Assembly (NCBI GenBank): GCA_018238625.1
Contig: JABCSY010000103.1
Location: forward strand, 1-14,200
Length of the DNA stretch: 14,200 nt
Direction of reading: 5' to 3'
Source of the DNA: Promethearchaeota archaeon
Lineage (GTDB): Archaea > Asgardarchaeota > Lokiarchaeia > Sigyniarchaeales > SOKP01
Every line of letters begins with the position of its first letter. Position 1 is the stretch's first letter. The notes under the pieces are model-generated. The model was not told the DNA's origin. It worked only from the letters and a program-made list of their open reading frames with translations, and ran no database searches. Both the position numbers and the translations under genes were made by a program. Shown here piece by piece: positions 1-7,590 of this stretch.

Positions 1-595
1 AGTAACGCTCAGCAATAGCGCCTCCTTTGGCAAATTTAGATACGGTTTCGGTAAGTTCGGGTCTAAGCTGCATCTGGTATTTCTCTCCAATTTGAGCGAC
101 AATTAATGCGCCAGAACGCTCTAAATAATCAAAAGCAACAACTCTTACTAATTCTTCAACTTCTTTTTTGGGAATTTCTAATTTAGTCGATAATTCTTCG
201 ACATCAAGGGGTCTACCTGCTGCGTAAAGAGCGCCTTCAATTAAATTTCTCCGTAGTTCTTTCAATTGTATTTTTAAATCTTCTTTCGTCATTTCTTGGG
301 GTATTTGGGGTTCTTCACCGTTAGTTCCTATAATTTCAGTGTCTAGTTCACTTAATCTTTCTTCTGAGGTTTCGGAACTTAATGTGTCTTCTTCAAACTC
401 TTCATTGGATTCTTTTTCGAGTTCTTCTTCGATATTCTCATCGATATCAATAGTACCCTCTAATTCTTCCGGAATCTTTTCTACTTGAGAAATTTCTTTT
501 TCTATTTCACTTATTTTTATTTCTTCCTTTTCTTCTTCTATTTCAGTTTCAATTTCAGGTAGTTTTTCTGGTTCTTTTTCGCTATTTTCGTTCAT
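1..595 (-). CDS. scpB: SMC-Scp complex subunit ScpB (kite), with ~110-aa acidic N-terminal extension; runs off the left edge of the window
   Basis: Absent from the ORF track; translated by hand from ATG at 595 with no stop down to base 1: MNENSEKEPEKLPEIETEIEEEKEE...LRRNLIEGALYAAGRPLDVEELSTKLEIPKKEVEELVRVVAFDYLERSGALIVAQIGEKYQMQLRPELTETVSKF. IEGALYAAGRPL and YQMQLRPE match the ScpB N-terminal winged helix. It starts 15 nt after the scpA stop. Confidence 0.93.
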   Translation of the reverse strand, partial: MNENSEKEPEKLPEIETEIEEEKEEIKISEIEKEISQVEKIPEELEGTIDIDENIEEELEKESNEEFEEDTLSSETSEERLSELDTEIIGTNGEEPQIPQEMTKEDLKIQLKELRRNLIEGALYAAGRPLDVEELSTKLEIPKKEVEELVRVVAFDYLERSGALIVAQIGEKYQMQLRPELTETVSKFAKGGAIAERY

Positions 596-610
596 AATTT
601 ATAGCCAAAA

Positions 611-1618
611 TTATTTTTTTAAGCTAATTGAAAAATTTTTAAAATCTTGTTCTTGTGATAGTATTAGTTTATTGCCCGTGGACAGGAACATAAGCGCCAA
701 AAACATTCTTATAAAAGCAAATTTTTTCCCAAGGTCGCTTTCTTCTTCAGTATTAATAATTTTTGTTATATCAAAAAAACTCGTTTCTTTACCATCAAGT
801 TGTATTTTCGATTTAATGCGGTTAAACCAAGAATTGTGAAGTTCTTCTACCGTTTGTTCCCTTCCACTAATATGCTTCAAAAGTTCTTTTGGTAATTGAG
901 CTTTTGATTTCGTTTGAATTCTTTGTTGTTTTATTTCGTCCCTCCGCATTCTCCGTCTTTTTAATTTTTCTTTCTTTTGCATAGTTTCGATTATGGCAGA
1001 CCTCATCGCGTCAAATAGTTCATCTTTAGTGGAAATCAGCATTTTTGGCTGAATAGGTTGCGGTAATGTCTTTGGAATTGTTCGAGAGTGTTTTTGCCGG
1101 AATTTCTCTAATTCTTCTTTTTTTTGAATTTGTTCTTCTTCTCTTATAATACTCGAAATTTTATAATGATGAAGTACTGCTGATGTTTTAAGAGCAATAC
1201 CTGCAATTTTATAGTTGATTAAATCTTCATGTAGCATGTTATCAAAAAATTTATCTACCAACGATGATAAATCATAGAACGCAACATTTGATTCTTTTGC
1301 GATTTCGCTATCTAATAACGAATTATAGGGGGGTTTTTGCCAAAATTTCAAATCAAATGATTGTTTATGAATTAGTGCAGGATCTTCTTCTTCGCCAGCA
1401 ATTAATTCTTCTTCAATGATTTCTTCCACATCTTCTTGTTCTTGAGTTCTATCGACAAATTCTGGATGAGAAGTTACCTCAGTTAGAAACTTCACAATAT
1501 CGTTCTTTTTGGACTTAGAAGGGATTTTAATCTTATTTTTGCTCGCAAATTCTCTTAACTGCTTAACGCTCCATTCCGTGAAGGCGTACTTCTTTTCTGA
1601 GGTATTTTTTTCAGGAAT
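611..1618 (-). CDS. scpA: Kleisin ScpA with predicted N-terminal helix-extension-helix (Rho_N/SAP-like) domain; start extended from GTG 1495 to ATT 1618 (335 aa)
   Basis: Kleisin N-domain YDLSSLVDKF...NYKIAGIALKTSAVLHHYK and C-terminal wHTH FLALMFLSTGNKLILSQEQDFKNFSI; lies between smc and scpB. The frame stays open upstream of 1495 until a TGA at 1627-1625 and reads IPEKNTSEKKYAFTEWSVKQLREFASKNKIKIPSKSKKNDIVKFL. Gene identity is firm; the start position is inferred. Confidence 0.85.
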   Translation of the reverse strand: MPEKNTSEKKYAFTEWSVKQLREFASKNKIKIPSKSKKNDIVKFLTEVTSHPEFVDRTQEQEDVEEIIEEELIAGEEEDPALIHKQSFDLKFWQKPPYNSLLDSEIAKESNVAFYDLSSLVDKFFDNMLHEDLINYKIAGIALKTSAVLHHYKISSIIREEEQIQKKEELEKFRQKHSRTIPKTLPQPIQPKMLISTKDELFDAMRSAIIETMQKKEKLKRRRMRRDEIKQQRIQTKSKAQLPKELLKHISGREQTVEELHNSWFNRIKSKIQLDGKETSFFDITKIINTEEESDLGKKFAFIRMFLALMFLSTGNKLILSQEQDFKNFSISLKK

Positions 1619-1624
1619 AATATT

Positions 1625-1630
1625 TCACCT
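1625..1630 (-). promoter_or_regulatory. Shine-Dalgarno-like AGGTGA upstream of the proposed scpA ATT start
   Basis: Minus strand reads AGGTGA AAT ATT ATT CCT; the motif ends 6 nt before ATT 1618. GGTGA is the typical archaeal SD core. Confidence 0.7.
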
Positions 1631-1644
1631 AAAACTTTTAATTT

Positions 1645-4600
1645 TTAATTTTCCTCTACATTTGAGGGTACATCTGGTAGTTCAAGTAATCTTTTGGCTT
1701 CTTCTTCCAAGTCTACGCTAAAGATATCGGTTATTCCACTTTGTTGCATGGAAACGCCATAAATTCGATCGGCATTTACAATATTTTCCTCTCTATGACT
1801 GATTACCATAAATTGTGCTTGGATCGCAAATTCCTTTATAACCACACTGACTCTATGCACATTTGGACCGTCTAAAGCGGCGTCAATCTCATCCATAATG
1901 TAAAATGGAGCAGGATAAAATTCTTGAACGGCAAATATAAAGGATAACGCAACCAAAGTTTTTTCACCCCCACTAAGGATTTCCAAACTAGATATACGTT
2001 TTCCACGAGGTCGAGCTTCAATAGTAACCCCTCCCTCAAACGGTTTATCTGGACGATCAAGAATCATTTTAGCCGATCCCCCGGGTGAAAGTTTCTGGAA
2101 AATGCGTGAAAACTCTCGATTTATCTCGTGATAAGCTTTCATGAAGGTTCTAGTCTTTTCCAATTCAATTTTATCAATTGCGTCAAGTATAGATTTCCTC
2201 TCGCGTTGAATCGTCTGTCTCCTCATATCAATTTCGTCGAATCGCTCTTTTACAGTATCGTATTGTGTAATTGCCTTTAAATTAACGGGTTCTATAGCTT
2301 TTTTCTTGTTATTGGCAGTTGAAATATCTGATTGCAAACCAGCTTCAGATAAGTCGTCAGTAACTGGGGGTAATGAGCCATAATCTTTAGAGCGTTGATA
2401 TAACGTTTCAATTTGATCCGTAGTGATAATTTTTTTAGAATCGTAATTATTCAATTTAGAGCGTTCCATAGAGTGGTCTGATTTAAGTTCATTCAATTGA
2501 TTCTGATAATTTTTTTGCTTTTTCCAAGATATATCCTTTCCTTGAATTTCTTTGTTTATCTCTTCTTGTTTGAGGCTTTTTTTATCGTTTTCTTGGTTTA
2601 GGTCATCTTCAACCTTTTCAATATCTTTTAATATGGATTCAACTTGTTTTTCGGCATCTTTAATATCTTCGTGTAATGATAGGATTTTTTGTTCTCTTTC
2701 CTTATTTTTATTTAATTCGTTTAATTTAGCTTGGGATTTGTGAAGATCTTTGTTTAATTTATTTAATTTTTTCTGAGCTCTCTTCTGGGCGTCTAACTCT
2801 TTGTTTTTATCCTCATGCATTGAATTTATTATTTGTTGTACTTCGTCAACTTTCTTTTGTACTCCGTCTACCTGAGAGTTATGTCCTTCTATATCTTGAT
2901 TGCAAGTTGTAATGTTTTTGCTTGCTTCGCCATTTTCCTTAGATAAATCTTCAATTGAATTTATAATCATCATTACGTTTTCAAGGCCCCTTAACTTATC
3001 CATTGTCGTTTCTAAATTCTTGTTCTGTTCATCAATTTGCGTTCTCAACTTTTCAGTGCTTTCCCAAAAATTATCTTTTTCAGAAAGACGGACTTCTATT
3101 TTTGAAACTATTGCGTCTTGTTCTAGCTTAAGATTCTTTATATTTTCTTCAGTATTGATAATTACTTTTTTCTTCTCTCCTATATTACTATTTAATTCTT
3201 TTATATTACTTTCAACTTCAATAATATCGTCATAGAATGATTGAATACCTTGTAAGTCTTGTAGTTTCTTTTGCAACCCATCTAATTCTATTTGTTTACC
3301 TTCAATTTTTTTTTTTATTATCGAAATATCGTCCCAATAGATGTTTTTTTGTTGCTTTAAGTTTTTAATCTCAACCTCAAAATTTTCTTTTTGCTTCTCT
3401 TCTATCGCCAAGTTCCTCTGCCCAAGCTCATCGTCAGATTTCTTAATTTTTTCATTAATTTCGCTAATTCTTTTATTAACATTTTCTAGCCTTCTATTAC
3501 AAGCAGAAAGATCTACTGAGTCGTGCTTGTTTTGAGTGCTAATCACGCTTAATCTATTGTCAATAGTATTTAAGTCGTTATTTTGAGAATTAAAATTTTC
3601 AGTGATTTCTTCGAGTTGTTTATATAAATCTTGACTTTTCGACATAGTTAACTTTCTTAAAGAAAGATATACATTTTCAAGGATCTCCATTAAATCTTGT
3701 ACAAAGCTATCAAAGGTTGAGGTAGATTCTTGTATCTCCACATCTGCTGATTCTTTTACCTTATCTATTAATTGATCTATGGTAGAATCTATGTTTTCCG
3801 TGAAGAGTCCTAAAGTTTGAAGGATAGATTTAAGCGTTTCAGACATTTCAGAAGTATCAGATCTTTCTTCAGCTTCAGAGCTAACTCCTTCAATAGTTTT
3901 CATAATATCAACTATGTCTAAAACAAATTGTTTAAAATTCATTCCGCTGGTTTCGATAGCTTCTGCGTTTGATTGTTGAATGTTACCCTTTATTGATTCA
4001 ACGGATATATTGATGTTTTGAGTTAACATATTTAAAATCTGAAGGATTCCTGTAATATCTTCTGTGTTTCTTTCGTATTCTTTTTCTGTACTTTCAATCT
4101 TCACCAATAAATTATCTTTCTCAGTTGAAAGTTCCCCCAGGCGCCTTTGAATATTTTCTTTTTTCTTATTCAAATTTAGTGATTCTTTATCAGTTTTAGT
4201 AAGGTTATCACTTAAAGTGGATGATTTTAAATCCAATTCACGCTTTTCACGTTCAAGATTTGTTAATTCTTTTTTAATTAATTTTAATCTAGTATTGATA
4301 TTTTCAATCCTAGTTTTGTTATCATAAATTTCATTTACGATAGAATCTTGTTTCATTAACAATAATTCTAGATTTTGTTCATTTTTTCTATAAGTAGAAT
4401 CTTCTTCTTTTGCTTGTCTTCTAAACTCGTTAATATCTTTAAGCAAAGCATCTCTTTTTTTCAGCAATTCTTTTAAAGCTTCTTCCGTATCTTTTCCTTT
4501 ACTGAGGTCTTCAATTTTATTTTCAGTAGCTAATTTTCTCAATTTTAATTTCTCAATACGGTTACTATTCATTTTAATTTCCGTGTTTAATGAGGATAGC

Positions 4601-6102
4601 ATAGAGTTGAAATCGGCTATTTTCGAATTTAATTGGTTCTTTTCATCTCGTAACCCGTTTATACCTTTTTCTAATTCTTTCTGGTTATCATTTTCCTTAG
4701 AGATTTTTACATTTAGGTTAGCTACTTCTTTTCTTATAATTTCCGCTTCCTTTTTTGTGTTTTTTATCGCTTCTTCTACGCTCTCAGAATCTCCTTTCAA
4801 TTTATTAAGCTCTGCTTCTAACTTTATTTTCTTCTCTTCATTTTTTTTAATGTTTTCTTTTAGAAACTTTAATTTGGCTTTAGTTGAGGAAATACTCTGC
4901 TTAATCGTTGAAATTTCTCGATTAAGTGTCGATTTTGTATTGTTATTATTTTTGATTTTAGCATCAATTTCTGCTTGTTTTTGTTGTTTGCTTTCGATTT
5001 CGCCTTTAGCCTCTTCAATCAAGTTATCTGTTTCCGTTATTACCTTTGATTCTGACTCAATTAAAGAATCGTAAGTCTGACCCTCTTCAAGTTCCATTTG
5101 TAAATTTTCTAAAGTTTTTATCTCTTGAGTTAGTTTTTCTATTGATTTATTAAAATTTTTTAAGGAAGTTTGATTCGAAGATTGTTGGGTTTTTAATAAA
5201 GTAATATTTTCGGTAATAATTTCTCTTTCTTTTTCTTTCTCGGATATGGTTTTTTGTATGTTTTCCATAACTAAAGTTTCTTGTTGTAGCAACTCTTCTT
5301 GTCTTGTTAATTTTTCCTGCAATTCTTCAATAATATAATTAGATTCCTCTATTTTGACCTCCAACTCTTCCTCTTCTTTCCTCAATTTTGAAATCTTTAA
5401 AGCGATCAATTGAGCATTGTAATACGAAACTTTTTCATCTAGCTCCTTCCAAGCTAAAGCATCGTTCTTTTCTTTTTCAACTTTTTTAAGTTGAGAAGAA
5501 ACTTCTTTAAAAATTGCTTCAAATTGTCCTAGATCACGCTCGGCTTTTTCTAACTCTTTCATCGTTGCGTCCTTCATTTCGTCGTACTTCTGGAGGCCAA
5601 TTAGATTTTCAATGAATAATCTGCGACCCACTTCGTTCATATGAGTCAATTCCACGATTTTTCCTTGCAAAACAAACTGATTGCTACCGTCAGGATCTAC
5701 GTTAGCTACAGCTAAAGCGTTAAGAATTTGTTGACGGGTAGCTTTTTTCCCATTCATTTTATAGCCGCCACCGCCACCTCTTTGTATAGTTCGACTAATT
5801 TCAAAAGTATCAGTTCCGCCTGGAAATATTTTTTCGGAATTATCAAAATATAGAGACACTGTGGCTCTATTTGAAGGGTTTTTACCTCGAGAACCGGCAA
5901 AAATTAAATCTTCAAGACTTTTGGCTCTCATAGTTTTCTTGCTTAATCTACCTAAAGCAAAAGTTAATGCGTCAATAATATTCGATTTGCCGGCCCCATT
6001 AGGTCCTACGATGCATGTAAACCCTGAAGAGAGCCTTATAGTTACAGTGCGATCTCCGAAGGATTTAAATCCTGTCATTGAAATTTTTTTAATATAGGTC
6101 AA
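1645..6102 (-). CDS. smc: Chromosome segregation ATPase SMC, atypical (1485 aa, no canonical hinge); TTG start
   Basis: GFKSF, Walker A GPNGAGKSN, Q-loop FVLQG, PVNLKAI, signature LSGGEK, Walker B/D-loop YIMDEIDAALD, H-loop ISH; long coiled coil; directly upstream of scpA and scpB. Confidence 0.96.
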   Translation of the reverse strand: MTYIKKISMTGFKSFGDRTVTIRLSSGFTCIVGPNGAGKSNIIDALTFALGRLSKKTMRAKSLEDLIFAGSRGKNPSNRATVSLYFDNSEKIFPGGTDTFEISRTIQRGGGGGYKMNGKKATRQQILNALAVANVDPDGSNQFVLQGKIVELTHMNEVGRRLFIENLIGLQKYDEMKDATMKELEKAERDLGQFEAIFKEVSSQLKKVEKEKNDALAWKELDEKVSYYNAQLIALKISKLRKEEEELEVKIEESNYIIEELQEKLTRQEELLQQETLVMENIQKTISEKEKEREIITENITLLKTQQSSNQTSLKNFNKSIEKLTQEIKTLENLQMELEEGQTYDSLIESESKVITETDNLIEEAKGEIESKQQKQAEIDAKIKNNNNTKSTLNREISTIKQSISSTKAKLKFLKENIKKNEEKKIKLEAELNKLKGDSESVEEAIKNTKKEAEIIRKEVANLNVKISKENDNQKELEKGINGLRDEKNQLNSKIADFNSMLSSLNTEIKMNSNRIEKLKLRKLATENKIEDLSKGKDTEEALKELLKKRDALLKDINEFRRQAKEEDSTYRKNEQNLELLLMKQDSIVNEIYDNKTRIENINTRLKLIKKELTNLEREKRELDLKSSTLSDNLTKTDKESLNLNKKKENIQRRLGELSTEKDNLLVKIESTEKEYERNTEDITGILQILNMLTQNINISVESIKGNIQQSNAEAIETSGMNFKQFVLDIVDIMKTIEGVSSEAEERSDTSEMSETLKSILQTLGLFTENIDSTIDQLIDKVKESADVEIQESTSTFDSFVQDLMEILENVYLSLRKLTMSKSQDLYKQLEEITENFNSQNNDLNTIDNRLSVISTQNKHDSVDLSACNRRLENVNKRISEINEKIKKSDDELGQRNLAIEEKQKENFEVEIKNLKQQKNIYWDDISIIKKKIEGKQIELDGLQKKLQDLQGIQSFYDDIIEVESNIKELNSNIGEKKKVIINTEENIKNLKLEQDAIVSKIEVRLSEKDNFWESTEKLRTQIDEQNKNLETTMDKLRGLENVMMIINSIEDLSKENGEASKNITTCNQDIEGHNSQVDGVQKKVDEVQQIINSMHEDKNKELDAQKRAQKKLNKLNKDLHKSQAKLNELNKNKEREQKILSLHEDIKDAEKQVESILKDIEKVEDDLNQENDKKSLKQEEINKEIQGKDISWKKQKNYQNQLNELKSDHSMERSKLNNYDSKKIITTDQIETLYQRSKDYGSLPPVTDDLSEAGLQSDISTANNKKKAIEPVNLKAITQYDTVKERFDEIDMRRQTIQRERKSILDAIDKIELEKTRTFMKAYHEINREFSRIFQKLSPGGSAKMILDRPDKPFEGGVTIEARPRGKRISSLEILSGGEKTLVALSFIFAVQEFYPAPFYIMDEIDAALDGPNVHRVSVVIKEFAIQAQFMVISHREENIVNADRIYGVSMQQSGITDIFSVDLEEEAKRLLELPDVPSNVEEN
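2524..3336 (-). repeat. Three exact 90-codon periods in the SMC C-terminal arm (protein-level repeat)
   Basis: KNIYW, KDNFW, KNKEL and KDISW end at W923, W1013, L1103 and W1193 (codons at 3336, 3066, 2796, 2526; 270 nt apart). In-register KL (KKL/DKL/AKL/SKL) and Ile positions are retained. Confidence 0.75.
3670..4059 (-). repeat. Duplicated 56-aa helical module at the SMC midpoint (aa 682-737 and 756-811)
   Basis: Ungapped alignment of DITGILQILNMLTQNINISVESIKGNIQQSNAEAIETSGMNFKQFVLDIVDIMKTI with TLKSILQTLGLFTENIDSTIDQLIDKVKESADVEIQESTSTFDSFVQDLMEILENV gives 15/56 identities by hand count. Confidence 0.75.
4198..5073 (-). repeat. 97-98-codon periods in the SMC N-terminal arm (protein-level repeat)
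   Basis: Gly-containing breaks EGQTYDSLI, KGDSESVEEAI and KGKDTEEAL at aa 344, 442 and 539. KSTLNREISTIKQSISSTKAKLKFLKENIKK aligns in register with KNQLNSKIADFNSMLSSLNTEIKMNSNRIEK. The left boundary is approximate. Confidence 0.7.
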
Positions 6103-6220
6103 ATTAAAACTGCCATTTCTTTATGTTTTTTTAAAAATAAAGAATACATTCATATATTTATATACTAATACTCAGCATTTAAAAAAATAAGGTTGTGGTT
6201 TTTTAAGAGCATAATTGAAA

Positions 6221-7423
6221 TTAAAAAAGAAAATTGTTTTTATTAAAAATTGCGTCTAAAATGCTTTTTAATTGTCGCGGATTTAGCACCATGAAATAAA
6301 AATTGTAGTTTAAGATGTTGTCGGAAAAATATCTATAATCGTTTAGGTTATTTTTTTTAGAGGCGTTTAAAATTCCAATGTTTCTGAGTGTCGTAATTAA
6401 ATTTTTAAATTCTTCCATATCTTTTTCGTAATCAAATGATTCACACGAAACAAAATAAAGCTCTTTTAATTCCTTTATAGTTATGTAAAGATTTGAGTTT
6501 TTTAAGAAATGGTTCGATAGATTGTCTAAAAAGATTATTGTGAGTAATTCTGCTTCAGAAATATAAGAAAGCATGCTAAATTCATCTGTAGTTTGAAGCG
6601 AATCGAACTGGTTTCGAAGGATTTCAGAGATTTCTAGATTGTTCAAACTAACTTGTTGATTTAATACGGGATAAATTTCCCTTAATATTTCGATCCCTTT
6701 TCCGGGAACTGGCACATAATGCTCAAAAATTAAATCAGTTATAAATTCTACTAATTCCTTGTCAACTTCACGCAAAAAAGTTAAGGAAACTCTTTGTTTT
6801 AGAATGTCGAAAAGTTCTTTATATGAAAAATAATTTAATTTTTTCTTTAAGTCAAATTCACTTATAAGATCTAATGTTGAGGGTTTTAAAGCTTGATTTA
6901 CGGTAGCTAGAAAGCTAACGCTCGTATCTTTACCGTATTGCAAGAACTTTTTGAAGAATTCTGGTTCCAGATGCTCGATATTGTTAAAAATGAATATAAG
7001 ATTGTGATCAACTTTTCTACACGTTAGTTTAAATAGGTTCCATAGATTCGATAAATTCGAATTTATAATACTTTTAAAATTAATATTAATCTTATTTTGA
7101 TTTTGACCAATTTTAGTTAGTAACGAAATAATAATTTCATTGAGATTTTTTTCCCTACAATCAACTTGGATGTTTAAAAATTCAGTGTTCAAGTTAGATA
7201 AATCTCTAATAACTTTATTTATAATAACTTGCTTTCCAATTCCTTGAATTCCTTGATATAATATAGATAAACTAAAATCATCTGAAAATGAATCTTTTAG
7301 AATTGAAAATAGAGATTTTTCTTCTCTATTGCGATACAATATTTGGGGGGGGACATAATGTGCGTCAAATAAAGCTCGAGGCCCTACATAACTACTTTTA
7401 TTAACATTTGGTGTTGATATCAT
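6221..7423 (-). CDS. Orc1/Cdc6-family AAA+ protein with degenerate ATPase motifs
   Basis: N-terminal FDAHYVPPQILYRNREE, Walker A-like GIQGIGKQ, Walker B-like FIFNNIEHL, lid FSYKELFDILKQRV, C-terminal wHTH ELKELYFVSCE...LITTLRNIGIL. Confidence 0.85.
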   Translation of the reverse strand: MISTPNVNKSSYVGPRALFDAHYVPPQILYRNREEKSLFSILKDSFSDDFSLSILYQGIQGIGKQVIINKVIRDLSNLNTEFLNIQVDCREKNLNEIIISLLTKIGQNQNKININFKSIINSNLSNLWNLFKLTCRKVDHNLIFIFNNIEHLEPEFFKKFLQYGKDTSVSFLATVNQALKPSTLDLISEFDLKKKLNYFSYKELFDILKQRVSLTFLREVDKELVEFITDLIFEHYVPVPGKGIEILREIYPVLNQQVSLNNLEISEILRNQFDSLQTTDEFSMLSYISEAELLTIIFLDNLSNHFLKNSNLYITIKELKELYFVSCESFDYEKDMEEFKNLITTLRNIGILNASKKNNLNDYRYFSDNILNYNFYFMVLNPRQLKSILDAIFNKNNFLF

Positions 7424-7464
7424 TTTTTTTATTTTTTATTTTTTATTATTATTTTAAATTTTCA

Positions 7465-7472
7465 TATATAAA
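7465..7472 (-). promoter_or_regulatory. Candidate TATA box for the cdc6-like gene
   Basis: TTTATATA on the minus strand about 42 nt upstream of ATG 7423. The AT-rich context weakens specificity. Confidence 0.45.
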
Positions 7473-7590
7473 CCCCTCGGGGGGGATAGGTCATTGGAAC
7501 TAAAATCTTTTTAAAAATTAAAACATGAAACCAATTATCCATATAGAAAAAAAATTATAACCAAAATTAAAAAGTATGATGCTTAATTTC

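Noticed and set aside
3306-3316. T11 run (A11 on the coding strand) inside smc as a slippage or phase-variation site
   Set aside because: The frame is intact, it encodes Lys codons, and the 90-aa register is preserved across it.
1509-6097. Track ORFs overlapping scpA/smc (1509-1721, 1872-2060, 2552-2743, 2900-3235, 3341-3535, 4583-5074, 5861-6097)
   Set aside because: Mostly Phe/Leu/Ser-rich antisense shadows of Lys/Glu-rich coding sequence, plus one short alternate-frame ORF; no motifs.
1645-6102. Calling the long ATPase Rad50/SbcC, or the locus a Wadjet/MksBEF defence system
   Set aside because: No CxxC hook, no Mre11 or JetD/Toprim gene in the window; the head motifs and ScpA/ScpB neighbours are Smc-type.
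7424-7590. Replication origin next to the cdc6-like gene
   Set aside because: The spacer is only 167 bp with at most one partial ORB-like sequence; no repeated ORBs.
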